Source of the DNA: a virus
Taxonomy: Duplodnaviria; Caudoviricetes
Strand: one strand, 5' to 3'
IMG/VR virus record: IMGVR_UViG_3300023065_000157
Span: 1 to 47,914 of that record
DNA: 47,914 nucleotides
Positions within the stretch are counted from its first letter, which is position 1. Each line of letters begins with the position of its first letter. Positions 7,981 through 18,467 of this stretch are shown in pieces. The translations under genes were made by a program, and so were the position numbers. Under the pieces are notes generated by a model, which was given only the letters and a program-made list of their open reading frames with translations, ran no database searches and was not told the origin of the DNA.

Positions 7981-9990
7981 TCAGGCTCCGATCGTGATGA
8001 ACTGGTGGCACAGCGGCTTGTACATCTGACGCCCGCCGCATTCGGGGCTCCATTGGCCGATGGATGTGGTGGATCGGACGGTAGAGCGCGGGATCGTCTC
8101 CGCCGCGCGGTCACCGGTGGACGGATGGGTGACCAGGGCAGCGTTGACCTGCGTTGCCGCATTCGCGTCGGCAACCGTCAGCGTCATCTGGCTGCCGGTC
8201 ACTTGGACGTTACTGACGGTGGTGCCGGTCACCGTGATGCCTGCGTTCTCGATCGCTGCCACCAGCCAAGCGACATCGATCGTAGCGGGCTCGCTCAGCT
8301 GCACGACGATCTGCGTGCCGCCGGACCGTACCGCCGAGACCATATGCAACGGTTTCCAATGCCCGGTCTTCTCCACCTGGCTGATCGCCGCCTCGAAGAA
8401 CTCACCCTGCATGGCGTGCCCGAGGCTGCTCTGGTGAAGATAGTCGGTGTGGAACGGATAGGGATAGGTCGGGCCCGTGCAGAAGAAATCGCCCCACTGG
8501 GCGTAGACCTCCAGCGCCTTGGCCAAGATCGAACGGACGGCTTGGTTGCCGCCGCCGCGGAAGCTGGACATCTGGCTCGCCATCATCCGCAGAGGAACGG
8601 TCTGCCCGGTGATCGGGTAGAACTCGGTCTGGTAGCTCTTCAGCAGATCGTAGGTCTTCTGGCCCAAGGCGCTATCACCCGAATCCGTCTCGCTCATCTG
8701 CCAGTTCAACCGGCTGAAGTCAGCCCTTTCCCCCGTGAGCGCGAGACCGTCCACCGTGCGCTGCAGCGCGGTGCGGAGGTTCGCGAAGTTGAAGAATCCC
8801 GCCGGTGGCGACTTCACCATGTTCGCGATGGCCTGGCCGCCCTCGCCCACCGAAAACACCACCATCTTCGGCACATAACCGGCGCAAGAAGCCGCAGCGC
8901 GCGTGGACCAGCGGCGTGCCGCAGCCTCGACGCCGATCGTGCCGTGCTGGTTGGTGGGCGCGATCGATCCCCGCAGGCGAGCAATGCCGGTGATGGAAGA
9001 TGCCAGCAGTTCGGTCGAGGCGCCGCCCTGCGTGGGCGTGCCCATCCATACGTTGTTGGCAGCGGTCGCTGGCATCAGAACCCGATCCGGGTAGGGATAG
9101 AACTCGCCATACACCACGGAGCGGCTGGAGGTGCCCGCCTGGCCGGGTGCGTTGGACTGCCCGTTGTCCACCATGATCGCCACCCGATCGAGCGGGAAAA
9201 CCTCACCGCTGCCGATCCCAACGACCGCCGCGTGCGTGGCGCCGCCGCCGTCCCGGAAGACGCCACGCGCCACATCGTTCGTGGTCTGCACCTGCACCCA
9301 GCGGCGAGCCGAAACGTCGTCCAGCAGTCGATCCCCGGCTGGCGTAGCGGCGCGCAGGGCGCCGTCCAGCACGTAGCCAAGCGAGCGGCCCGTATCGGCC
9401 ACACCACCACCCCCGGAGCCGCCATCGGTCGGCATCACCCGCTGCGCCGCCACGTCGTACCAGACAAGCGGATACAGCGCGCCTCCATACCTCGTCAGCA
9501 GAAGGGGAATCACGCCGTCAGGCCCCACATCGTAGAGCGCGAAGCCATCGAAAGGCTGCTTGATCGATGCCGCCTCGGAAGCAAGATCCAGCTTCGTCTG
9601 AACCTTGTCCGCCTTCGTCTCCAGCGTGTCCGCCCGCATCCACTGCCAACGGCCGCCATTGGCGCGGTACTGGCCGCTGTTGCTGACCGTGGCGCCGGTG
9701 ATCGGATCAACGTGCGTGCCGGCATCGCCGATCACGTCCGCTGCGAAGCCGTCGTGTCGTGTTGTGTCCGCCTGCAACGCGGACCAGGTCTGGTAACGCT
9801 TCAGCCCGTTGTTGGCAATGAATTGGTCGTACTCGGACTCCAAACCAGCCCAGCTGCGCCGCTGCACGCCCCTGCGGTCCTGCCACGTTGCCGACGCCCC
9901 ATTGATGCCCGCATCCAGGTTCTCGGCGTTGTCGTACAGATCTTTGACCGCAGTCGACGGCACCGGGTTCCCAGTGTTGAAGGTCGTCAT
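7981..9990 (-). CDS. Tail fibre/spike with SGNH (SASA-like) esterase domain
   Basis: Phage fibre N-terminus (TGNPVPST.KDLYDNAENLD); GQSN, WQMSETD and DYLH blocks. Confidence 0.75.
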   Translation of the reverse strand: MTTFNTGNPVPSTAVKDLYDNAENLDAGINGASATWQDRRGVQRRSWAGLESEYDQFIANNGLKRYQTWSALQADTTRHDGFAADVIGDAGTHVDPITGATVSNSGQYRANGGRWQWMRADTLETKADKVQTKLDLASEAASIKQPFDGFALYDVGPDGVIPLLLTRYGGALYPLVWYDVAAQRVMPTDGGSGGGGVADTGRSLGYVLDGALRAATPAGDRLLDDVSARRWVQVQTTNDVARGVFRDGGGATHAAVVGIGSGEVFPLDRVAIMVDNGQSNAPGQAGTSSRSVVYGEFYPYPDRVLMPATAANNVWMGTPTQGGASTELLASSITGIARLRGSIAPTNQHGTIGVEAAARRWSTRAAASCAGYVPKMVVFSVGEGGQAIANMVKSPPAGFFNFANLRTALQRTVDGLALTGERADFSRLNWQMSETDSGDSALGQKTYDLLKSYQTEFYPITGQTVPLRMMASQMSSFRGGGNQAVRSILAKALEVYAQWGDFFCTGPTYPYPFHTDYLHQSSLGHAMQGEFFEAAISQVEKTGHWKPLHMVSAVRSGGTQIVVQLSEPATIDVAWLVAAIENAGITVTGTTVSNVQVTGSQMTLTVADANAATQVNAALVTHPSTGDRAAETIPRSTVRSTTSIGQWSPECGGRQMYKPLCHQFITIGA

Positions 9991-10011
9991 CTTGATGTTT
10001 CTCCGTTGGTG

Positions 10012-13000
10012 TTACGGCGCGGCCGCGTCGTCGTACTGGTAGAAGGCGGGGTCGTACTGCAAGGCGGCGAGCTCTACAGAGCCGTCTTCGCCCGGTGTCA
10101 GTTCAGTGAGCACTGCGTCGTAGCCCGCTCGCGAGCTATCACAGAAGATCAGCTCCGGCGGATCGACGGTCGGGTCGGTCATTACCCATGTTGTGAACGA
10201 GTGCTCGCCGGGAAGGGCAGAGGCGGCGATGCTGAGCCGGTGGTCATCGATGCGGGTGGGGAGGATCACCCCTGACAACGAACCATCCTGAAACCGGATC
10301 AAGCAGCGCGGGGCGGCCATGCTCCAGTCGAGGAACTCGCCGACTTGGATCACCAGTCGAGTCCCTTCGATATAGGCCTCCTCGATCATGGCGCTCATCG
10401 TGCTGGAGCCGGGGATATCGTCGAACAGCTTCACCCGATCGCCGTACTGGTAAATCAGACCCATCATCTCCGTCTTGGTCGTGTAGGTCAGGCGCTGCCC
10501 CTGGTGCTTCAACAGCCGACGCATGCCGATCCGGTACGCACGATCGCGAGTACCCACACCCTGCAGCTCGAAGTTCTCCACCTTCCAAGGCGTGCCGCCA
10601 TCTGGCAGCCGGCACTCCACCGTCTCGGCTGCCCACGTCACCTCGTCGATGTAGGTCACGTCCACGCCGTCGAAATCGTCCGGACCTGGCGAGGTGAAAG
10701 CAGTCGTCAACGGTTCCAGCTGACGCTGAGGCGAGATGCCGCCACTCCAAGTCTTGATCCCCTCTCGTCCAGCCGAGCACATCGAATCGATCAGCAGGAA
10801 GTACCCCATGCCCGCCTGCGCAGCCATCTGCAGCATGTCCAAAGCACTGCTGCCGGACTTCTCCGCGCTGTAGTCGAAGAACTCGCCGCGCGGGGTCCAA
10901 TAGATGTTCTCCAGATGCGTCAGGGTCTCACTGTCCAGCTGGTCAGCTGGCAGGCCGAGGGATCGCACGATGTGCGTCATCGCCCCGCTGATGCTGCGGG
11001 GTGTGCCATCGTCGTAGAGCCGTGTTGCCTCGACGTTGAACCGGCGGTCCGTCTGCGCCGCCAGCTTGGTGCCGGTGGTCACCGTCAGGCCGATGGTCGT
11101 AAGGTCGTCGTAGCGCGTGGGCCGCTGCGGCAGTCGCGCGCGCAGGCCCTGCCAGAAGCAGGCATCGCGCGCCGAGTTGCCGCCGCGCTCGGTCACCCGG
11201 CGCACGCGCACTTCGATCTGTCCCGGCGTGCCCAGCGTTATGCGCTCGGTGAAGCCCAGCGAATCCTCGGAAGTGGCCGTGTAGGCGTGGGTGCGTACCG
11301 ACCACGGGTCGCCGGATCCGTACACGCGCCATCCCACTCGCACTGTCACGGTGAAGGTGCGCTTGTTGCCCTTGTCCGTGTACCAGATCAGGCCGCCGGG
11401 GAAGTTGAAGTCGTACTCGAAGGCGTCGGTGGTCTCTCCGTTGGGGCACACCAGGAACGGCCCAAGCCATTCTTCGCTCTCCTGCAGGCCTGTTGCCCTG
11501 TAGTCGGTCGCGGTCCGTGAGGTCCAGCCCGGCCAGCTGGTATCGACCACGCCGCCCTCGGTCAGCCGTTGGACCACCAGGGTGAGGCCGGAAACGGCAG
11601 TGATGCGGTACTCGCTCTGCCCACACGACATGGCCAGTGAGACGCTGCCCGGCGGCAAGCCGCCGAAGGCCGTCCCGCCGGGGCCGTCATAGGCCAGCGT
11701 TACGCGGGGCAACGTGGCAGGCGTGCCACCAGTGGTGGCCACACCCGCCGTGGCCGCCGGGCTGGGGCCGAACACCGCCGCCGGCAGTCCGCTGAAGGTG
11801 ATGCTTCCGCCGGCATACGGGCTGGCCGCCTCGGCGATGGTGACCACCCCGCCCGATTGCGTCGCCACCAAGCCGCTGTCAACCAGCTGATCGTTGATCG
11901 CGGTGAGCAGCACGCCCAGGGTGATGTAGTTGGCCACCAGCGCCACGCTGTAGCTGGTGCCGCGCCAGACAACGCCGAAGGTCGCCGGGGTGCCGCTGAA
12001 GTCGAAGCCGGTGGCCGCAGCCGAGCCAGTGAGCAGCGCGGGGCTGCCGCCGACACCGGGCACGGTGGGCGAACCGGGCGCGTAGCTCGCCACGAACAAC
12101 CCATAGTCGGCGCCGTTGTAGGTCAGCAGCACCGGCATGCCCACATACGGGGCCAGCTCGGCTACCGCGCTACCGGCGATGACGGAATAGAGACCGCTGG
12201 TGGTCGCGGTAAACGTCGCCGCCACCTTCAACGTCAGCACGGCGCCGACGGTCCAGGACGCCGGCACAGACGTGGCCGGCCGTTCCTTGCCGTTCGCATC
12301 GGTGACCGTCGCGTTGTTCAGCGTCAGCACGTTGCCCGACACGGTAACCGAATCGGCATTGAGACTGGTGGCCACGTCCGCCGTGTCGCTCAGGTCCAGG
12401 CCGGCTGTGCCCGAGGCGGTGGCGCCGACCTCGGTCGAGTTCACCCAGTTCTCCGAGCGCACGTCGCCGCCCACGTCGGCGCCCGGGGGGTAGATGGTCA
12501 TCTCCACGTCGCTGCCGAAGGAACTCAGCGGGGTGTTGCCGAGCCTCGCCGAGCCGAGCGGGATCACGTGCCGGCCCTTGCCGACACAGACGAACATCTG
12601 GGTACGGTAGGTCTTGCCGCCTACGAAGCGCGAGACCGGCTGCACCAGATAGTCGGCCCACACCCGGCATCGTCCCAGAACCTCCCGTACTGGGCTCCCA
12701 AGGCGCGCAGTGTTGGCCCGTGCCGTATCCAGGCTCAGGCTATCGCCCTGACCGTAGCGGTTGCCGGAGGGCATGTTGGCGGCCATATAGATCGCGTACG
12801 CGGCCATGACGGCCACAACGACCCAGTAGACGACCGCGGCAGCGCCCTCGTAGTAAGGGATCGGGTAGATGCGCACATCGCTGTCGGCGTCGATCCAAGT
12901 GGTCGCCCAAGCGTCCGCCGGCACAGGTACGCCACACACCTCTATCTCGATCGGATGCGCACCCTCTCCCGGGTAACCCGGCACGTTGGACCGCAACCAG

Positions 13001-13077
13001 CCATCGATCGTGGTCCTGCCGTGGCAATGGGTCTCCAGCGCCTCGCCCGGCACGCGTGAGGGGAAAAATAGGATCAC
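10012..13077 (-). CDS. Tail tip / host specificity protein (TipJ-like)
   Basis: 1021 aa; position after the NlpC-like gene; C-terminal ALQYDPAFYQYD. Confidence 0.85.
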   Translation of the reverse strand: MILFFPSRVPGEALETHCHGRTTIDGWLRSNVPGYPGEGAHPIEIEVCGVPVPADAWATTWIDADSDVRIYPIPYYEGAAAVVYWVVVAVMAAYAIYMAANMPSGNRYGQGDSLSLDTARANTARLGSPVREVLGRCRVWADYLVQPVSRFVGGKTYRTQMFVCVGKGRHVIPLGSARLGNTPLSSFGSDVEMTIYPPGADVGGDVRSENWVNSTEVGATASGTAGLDLSDTADVATSLNADSVTVSGNVLTLNNATVTDANGKERPATSVPASWTVGAVLTLKVAATFTATTSGLYSVIAGSAVAELAPYVGMPVLLTYNGADYGLFVASYAPGSPTVPGVGGSPALLTGSAAATGFDFSGTPATFGVVWRGTSYSVALVANYITLGVLLTAINDQLVDSGLVATQSGGVVTIAEAASPYAGGSITFSGLPAAVFGPSPAATAGVATTGGTPATLPRVTLAYDGPGGTAFGGLPPGSVSLAMSCGQSEYRITAVSGLTLVVQRLTEGGVVDTSWPGWTSRTATDYRATGLQESEEWLGPFLVCPNGETTDAFEYDFNFPGGLIWYTDKGNKRTFTVTVRVGWRVYGSGDPWSVRTHAYTATSEDSLGFTERITLGTPGQIEVRVRRVTERGGNSARDACFWQGLRARLPQRPTRYDDLTTIGLTVTTGTKLAAQTDRRFNVEATRLYDDGTPRSISGAMTHIVRSLGLPADQLDSETLTHLENIYWTPRGEFFDYSAEKSGSSALDMLQMAAQAGMGYFLLIDSMCSAGREGIKTWSGGISPQRQLEPLTTAFTSPGPDDFDGVDVTYIDEVTWAAETVECRLPDGGTPWKVENFELQGVGTRDRAYRIGMRRLLKHQGQRLTYTTKTEMMGLIYQYGDRVKLFDDIPGSSTMSAMIEEAYIEGTRLVIQVGEFLDWSMAAPRCLIRFQDGSLSGVILPTRIDDHRLSIAASALPGEHSFTTWVMTDPTVDPPELIFCDSSRAGYDAVLTELTPGEDGSVELAALQYDPAFYQYDDAAAP

Positions 13078-13451
13078 GAGTAGTACTCCACCCGATTGAA
13101 TCGGCGTTCGAAACGCCCAACCGGAAGAACCGTGACGTTACGGCCGTCGTTGCACTCCAGCGCGCTCATGCGGCCCTCGACCTCCACCAGCACCGCCACG
13201 TGGGTCACCACGCTGCCCTGATAGCAGAACGCGACCGCACCCTCCACGAGGTCGCTGCCGGCGTGCTGCAGGGCAGCCTCGTTCGCCAGGTCAGCCAGGT
13301 CAGCGCGCGTCGCGCCCGGGTACTCGTCCCATGGCGCGAGGCCAAGGTCACGCCGCACCTCGTTGACGACGCCGTAGCAATCCAGCTCCGGGAACTTGCG
13401 GCCACCGCTGACCCAGACCACGTCCAGGTACTTTTCCAGATCGATTTTCAT
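13074..13451 (-). CDS. Tail assembly protein, NlpC/P60-like (lambda K-like)
   Basis: GGR..P.LDCYG motif and HVAV; synteny. Confidence 0.75.
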   Translation of the reverse strand: MKIDLEKYLDVVWVSGGRKFPELDCYGVVNEVRRDLGLAPWDEYPGATRADLADLANEAALQHAGSDLVEGAVAFCYQGSVVTHVAVLVEVEGRMSALECNDGRNVTVLPVGRFERRFNRVEYYS

Positions 13452-13930
13452 GAGATGTATCGCAGCCCCGGGTGTTTTTTGAGGTTGAAGCGGTCACGCG
13501 GCCAGGCCGTGTCGAGGATGTTCATAAAGCCGGCCGTGATCTGGACCTCCGTCGCTGACCATTGACCGCCCTTCACCACCATCGACAGCGGCTTCTTGAC
13601 CGGCGCCAACAGGTCGTTGCTGAGGTACACCCGCAAGGTCACCAGGATCTCCAGCCGGGAAGCGAGTGCCGCACGGATCTCTGTGCTCACCGCGCCATCG
13701 ATGTTGCTCAGCGCGAAGCGAAGGTCCTGGACCCCGTCGGCATTGCGCGCCGGCTTGGCCACATCCATGCCGCAGGCCTTGAAGGTCACCGCCTGCCCTG
13801 TCTCCAGCACCGCCGTGATGTCTTCCCAGCCCTTGGTGAGGTAGTGCGTCTGGTCGCCAACGGTGATCGCCAGCGTTTCGTGCTCCACCTCCGAACCGCC
13901 GGAGGCGTACAGCCGTTCAAGAATGCTCAT
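13448..13930 (-). CDS. Minor tail protein (DUF1833-like)
   Basis: LERLYASGG start; C-terminal HPGLRY; ATGA coupling. Confidence 0.75.
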   Translation of the reverse strand: MSILERLYASGGSEVEHETLAITVGDQTHYLTKGWEDITAVLETGQAVTFKACGMDVAKPARNADGVQDLRFALSNIDGAVSTEIRAALASRLEILVTLRVYLSNDLLAPVKKPLSMVVKGGQWSATEVQITAGFMNILDTAWPRDRFNLKKHPGLRYIS

Positions 13931-14391
13931 GGCCTAGGCCACTCCCTGTTTGCAGCCAGGTCAACGATGTCCGAATGCAGGATCGCGTCGGGGTAGGCGG
14001 TTGAACCGTCAGCCAGCAGCGGCCGGCGGAACAGCTCCAAGGTGGCGCTGATCTGCCAGAAGTCGCCCTCAACGAGCACGGGGCCGTCGTAGAAGTCCTC
14101 AGTGAACTTGGAACGGTAGTAGTCGACCCCGATTGGTGTTTTCAGCTTGCACAAGAACCACGCGGCGCCGTCCGACAGGTCCTCCTGAACCCACTTCTCG
14201 AACAGGGCCGCCTGGATATCAGTGAGCAGCCAGGTCAGACCGACACGGCTAGGCGTGCTCGTGGCTTTCCTTCGGTTGATGGTTGCACCGCTGACGAACC
14301 GCGGCGATACCAGAGGCGACACGGGCTTGAACCCGTAGCCGGCGCGCAGCGGCATCGGCAGCCACGACGGATAGGGGACTGCTGCTGCCAT
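13927..14391 (-). CDS. Distal tail / minor tail protein
   Basis: Follows the tape measure; LP.PLRAGY and GAAWF motifs. Confidence 0.7.
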   Translation of the reverse strand: MAAAVPYPSWLPMPLRAGYGFKPVSPLVSPRFVSGATINRRKATSTPSRVGLTWLLTDIQAALFEKWVQEDLSDGAAWFLCKLKTPIGVDYYRSKFTEDFYDGPVLVEGDFWQISATLELFRRPLLADGSTAYPDAILHSDIVDLAANREWPRP

Positions 14392-14418
14392 GAGGGACCT
14401 CAGTTGAATTGCGTCGGG

Positions 14419-17400
14419 TTATCGGACGCGGCGTTGAACGGTGTTCCCATTGCGCAGGCCTTTGGCGACCCGGCCCTGCCCGGTGGCCATCTCCGTTGCC
14501 ACGCGGTCATAGGTCTGGGTCATACCGCGGCGCACCGCGGTTTCGACCAGCTGCAGGGTGCGAGCATCCGGATCACCGTTTATGTAGATCTGCGGCGAAT
14601 AGGTGTTTCCGCCGGAGCCGCCTGCTGCAGCGCCGCCTGCGGCGATTCGGTCAAGCGTTGCATCGAGCTTCGCGCTGGTCTGGTTGGTCATGACACGCTC
14701 GCCCTTCTGCAGCAACCAGGTTCCGTCCTGTGGCACGGAGTCGATGCCGTCGTGCGCCATACCCACGGCTGCGATGTTCGAGATAAGCCCCGCCGTCGCC
14801 GCCGCAACCGAGGCGATTGCCGCGAGATTGGCAGGCCACGGGTTCTTTGCCGCCTCGGCCATGCCAGCCTGAATTGCGAGAGTCGCCTGGGCGATTGCCG
14901 CCGCCTTCTGGACCACGAACGCCGCCTTGTATAGCGCCGACTGCTCGCTGAAAGAGGTCTTCATGACGTCGGTGACGGCAGCGAATCCCTGCTCCGCAGT
15001 GGCCAGCATGACGCTCTGGCGCGCGCGGTCGATCTGATTCATTCCGTCCACGTAGGCCTGGCGGTCAGCGAGTGCCTGCTGGTCGTACAGCGCGTTGACA
15101 GACGATTCGCTGTCCCGGAACGTCTGCAGCATCACGAGCTGACCGGCATACCACTCTTCGAGCGCCTTCTGCTGCTGCCCCAGCTTGTCCAGCTCGCCCG
15201 CCCCGCCGCCGTACATCGCGTCTACGCCCGTGACCTTCGGGGCCGGGCTGCCGGCCGCTAGGATCTTTGCCAAGGTGGCGTTGTAGTCATCGCCGGTAAT
15301 GACGCCCTCGCCCTTCGCCTCGTTCAGCACCTTTAGGCGGTCCTGTGCCAGGGAGAGGCCGGTACGGTCCTGCTTGTTGAGATCAGCCTGCAGCTTGGCC
15401 AGATCCTGCGAGACGGTCTTTTGCCGCTCCTGCGCGTCCAGCTGCGCTGCTTGGCTCAGCAGCACTTCAGCCAAATCAGACCTCAGCCCGCGGAGGTTGC
15501 CTCGCTCGATCTGATAGGCAGTCTGCGACAGCCGCGACTTATCACCGTACAGCGCGATCTGCTGGGCCATCTGCTCGTTAAGCGATTCGTACGCACGGGC
15601 AAGCGCCTTTGCATCCTTCTCCGATTTACTCTCCGGCCTCTTTTCCGACCGGTTGAACTGCTTGTCGATGTCCGCATCCGAGCGGGCGATGAGTCGCTCC
15701 ATAGACCCATCCAGCAATCTGCTATCCGGCGGAAGCTTCTCTCCGTCGATGTCGTATGTGTCCACATCTAGCTTGTTGTAAAGCTCGATGATCTTGTTGC
15801 GAGCCAAAAGCTTGGACGCTTCCCGGTCCAGCCCTGCGAGGCGCCCTTTCAGTGCCTCATCGGCAGCGGCGCGCTCCCGCGCCATGTCTCGCTCGGTTTT
15901 CACGACGTCTCTGTCGTGCTGGTCGATCTGCCCGAGAATCTTGACACCATCCTCCAGCTCCTGCTTCCACTGGCTCAGCTGCTCGATGCGCTTCTGCATC
16001 TCCTGTACGCCCGTGGCACCGCGGCGGGCGTCCCCGGGAATAGGGCTGCGCTGCAGGGTCTGGAAGAACTCCAGATCATCCTTCAGGCGCACGATCTGGC
16101 TGTCCAGGTCGTTGCGGCCGATGGACTTGATCTCCTCCATGGTGCCCCGGAAGGCTGCCAATGCGCCCTTCCATGCCTGCTCGACCACGCCCGCGCTCTC
16201 GGCCATGTCCTGGGCACGCTCGCTGATCACGTGCTCGAACTGCTCCAGGGCCGTCTGTGTTGCGGCATAGTCCCCGCGCTGTTCCCGGACCGCTTCGATG
16301 TGCCGATAGATCTCGGGGGTGAAGAAGTTGTAACGGTCGTTCAGCTTTACCAGCGCGTCAGCACCGCCCGTGGCCAACGCCTCAATCTCGTTGACCGTGC
16401 TGCTGATGGAGCTGCCGGTGAGCGCTGAGAGATTCATTGCCGACGATGCGATCAGCTCCAGCGCCTGGCCACTGGTCCGGCCTTCGGACACCAACATGCT
16501 GATCGCCGCGGTAGCGTCCTTATAGTTGCCGGTCGCCCTACCCAGCTCGGTCCGCATGTTCATCAGCTGGCCGGTCGTGAATCCGCTAGCGTTGCCGGTC
16601 GCGGTCACGATTCCCTCCAGCTGCCGCATTTCCATGTAGCCCTTGGCGGCGACCACGCCCAGCGCAGCGATACCGGCGACCGTGCCGCCCACCGCCAACC
16701 CCGTGGCCGTCAGCATGCCGCTGAGCGCACCGGTCCGGGCTGTGAGGGAGGCGATCGAGGATTGCGCCTGGCCGATGTCGCCCGTCGCCAGAGCACGCAT
16801 CAGTGCGACGACCGACTGCTGCGTCTCGATCGACTGCAGGTTGAGCTGGCCAAACTGGCCGGTCAGGGTGCCGGTGCCTTGCGCGGCGGCCAGCGTCTTC
16901 GTACGGGTTGTCTCCAGCTGCGTCTGGTACTGCTGGAACACTTGCGGCTTAAGCAGCCCCAGATCCCGGGCCTTGGCCAACCGATCCTCTTGTTCGGCCA
17001 GCCGGTTCAGCGCGGCCACGGTAGGGTCGATTTGCCCCAGCAGCTTCTTCAGGTTCAGCTCCTGCGCCTGTGCTGCCCGCGCCGCATCCTTGGCCTGCTG
17101 TGCAGTGCGCGCCTCTGCCTGCTGCAGTGCATTCGCCCTGGCAACCATGCGCTCCTGCTCGGTGCCGGCGTTGGCCATCACGGCAACGCGCGAGTTGAGT
17201 GCGGAGGTGCTTTCCCGAGCCGCCTCGGCCAGCGCCCGCTCGGACAGGTTGGCCCCGCGCATGCTCTCAGCATAGGCCACAGCCTGCTGCGCGATGGAGC
17301 GGAACCTCGCCTCCTGTGCGGCGATGTCCTGCTCCAGCTGCCGGCTCGCGGTGGCCACCTGCTTCTCGGTTGCCACGGCATCTTTGCCGGCCGCGCTGTA

Positions 17401-17730
17401 GGCCTGCAGCGAGGAAGCAGCGCCGGACAGTCGCGCTTCCAGCCCGCCGAGCATGGCAAGCACCTCGCCCTGCGTGCGGTTGAGCATCTGCAGTTCGCTC
17501 ACCACACTGGTGGTGCCGATGCCGATGCGGTCCAGGGCGCCGCCGAGGCGGTCACCCAAGGCGCGCGAAGACTGCTCCACCGACCGCGACATCGACTGGT
17601 ACTCCTTCTCCAGCCGAGCGGCGGCGTTGCCGGTCTTCTCGGCCGCAGCGGCGTTGTCGTCCAGGGCCTTGGTGCCCTCGACCAGTCCGCTGCTGTCGAT
17701 CTTGTAGCCAAGCTCGGCAATATCAGTCAT
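14419..17730 (-). CDS. Tail tape measure protein
   Basis: 1103 aa, Ala/Gln-rich helical; TGNASGFTTGQL segment of lambda H type; follows the chaperone pair. Confidence 0.93.
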   Translation of the reverse strand: MTDIAELGYKIDSSGLVEGTKALDDNAAAAEKTGNAAARLEKEYQSMSRSVEQSSRALGDRLGGALDRIGIGTTSVVSELQMLNRTQGEVLAMLGGLEARLSGAASSLQAYSAAGKDAVATEKQVATASRQLEQDIAAQEARFRSIAQQAVAYAESMRGANLSERALAEAARESTSALNSRVAVMANAGTEQERMVARANALQQAEARTAQQAKDAARAAQAQELNLKKLLGQIDPTVAALNRLAEQEDRLAKARDLGLLKPQVFQQYQTQLETTRTKTLAAAQGTGTLTGQFGQLNLQSIETQQSVVALMRALATGDIGQAQSSIASLTARTGALSGMLTATGLAVGGTVAGIAALGVVAAKGYMEMRQLEGIVTATGNASGFTTGQLMNMRTELGRATGNYKDATAAISMLVSEGRTSGQALELIASSAMNLSALTGSSISSTVNEIEALATGGADALVKLNDRYNFFTPEIYRHIEAVREQRGDYAATQTALEQFEHVISERAQDMAESAGVVEQAWKGALAAFRGTMEEIKSIGRNDLDSQIVRLKDDLEFFQTLQRSPIPGDARRGATGVQEMQKRIEQLSQWKQELEDGVKILGQIDQHDRDVVKTERDMARERAAADEALKGRLAGLDREASKLLARNKIIELYNKLDVDTYDIDGEKLPPDSRLLDGSMERLIARSDADIDKQFNRSEKRPESKSEKDAKALARAYESLNEQMAQQIALYGDKSRLSQTAYQIERGNLRGLRSDLAEVLLSQAAQLDAQERQKTVSQDLAKLQADLNKQDRTGLSLAQDRLKVLNEAKGEGVITGDDYNATLAKILAAGSPAPKVTGVDAMYGGGAGELDKLGQQQKALEEWYAGQLVMLQTFRDSESSVNALYDQQALADRQAYVDGMNQIDRARQSVMLATAEQGFAAVTDVMKTSFSEQSALYKAAFVVQKAAAIAQATLAIQAGMAEAAKNPWPANLAAIASVAAATAGLISNIAAVGMAHDGIDSVPQDGTWLLQKGERVMTNQTSAKLDATLDRIAAGGAAAGGSGGNTYSPQIYINGDPDARTLQLVETAVRRGMTQTYDRVATEMATGQGRVAKGLRNGNTVQRRVR

Positions 17731-17731
17731 G

Positions 17732-18133
17732 TCACCTGTTTCCCTTGTTCGCTTCGAGCGCGCGGGCCCGTGCGGCGGCCTGGTCTTCCCGCACTGCAGT
17801 GAGGTAGCGATCGTCCATCGCCATCAACATCTCGACCTCCTCCCGGAGAAGGTCGTACATCAGCAGCCGTTGCCATTCGCCGACGTCAGCAAAGGTCAAC
17901 GGCTCCGGGCCGCTGCGCCTGCGGGGGCAAAGCTCCCAGAACCAGTCCCACACGTGTTCCCCTTCCTCGGGGACCTCGACATCGGGGGATTCCTCACCGA
18001 ACCGCGTATTACGCTGCCGGCGGGTCTCCCCTCTTTCGTCCGGGGTGTCGTATCGCGCCGTCAGGTAGACGGCATCAGCCAGCTGCTTCGTGAGCGCCGC
18101 GAAAGAACTCGGCGCGGTCGCCCAACGCGACAT
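17732..18133 (-). CDS. Tail assembly chaperone, C-terminal (T-like) frame
   Basis: WDWFWEL and EVEMLMAMDD motifs; overlaps the end of the G-like gene; probably reached by frameshift. Confidence 0.75.
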   Translation of the reverse strand: MSRWATAPSSFAALTKQLADAVYLTARYDTPDERGETRRQRNTRFGEESPDVEVPEEGEHVWDWFWELCPRRRSGPEPLTFADVGEWQRLLMYDLLREEVEMLMAMDDRYLTAVREDQAAARARALEANKGNR

Positions 18134-18467
18134 CGACCTGCTCGCTCACCCACGGCAGCTCCTTGAACAGCTGCCGGAGGGTCTTTTCGCTGAACTCGGG
18201 CTTCTCCCCATGGAAGGTGAGGTCACCTTCCCAACTCCACCCCCCGACAGATGCCACCAGGAGCTCCGTGCGTCCGGCCTCCAGCTTCTCGGCGGTGATC
18301 TTGCCGCGGCTCAGCATCCGCTCGTTGGTCGCCTTCCTCGACGCCGCCCGGACTTGCGGGTGGCTGTCCGGGAGAATGGTCAGCACCAGGCCCACCGGCT
18401 CATCGGTGGCGGGGTGCTTGATTTCGATGCCGCGCTCGGTGGCGACGATGCTGCTCAATTCGGTCAT
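18075..18467 (-). CDS. Tail assembly chaperone (G-like)
   Basis: Between tail tube and tape measure; ends ...DRAEFF. Confidence 0.8.
   Translation of the reverse strand: MTELSSIVATERGIEIKHPATDEPVGLVLTILPDSHPQVRAASRKATNERMLSRGKITAEKLEAGRTELLVASVGGWSWEGDLTFHGEKPEFSEKTLRQLFKELPWVSEQVDVALGDRAEFFRGAHEAAG

Noticed and set aside
7864-10275. 803-aa plus-strand ORF
   Set aside because: Antisense shadow of the tail spike gene in GC-rich DNA; Arg/His-rich, no motifs, no coupling.
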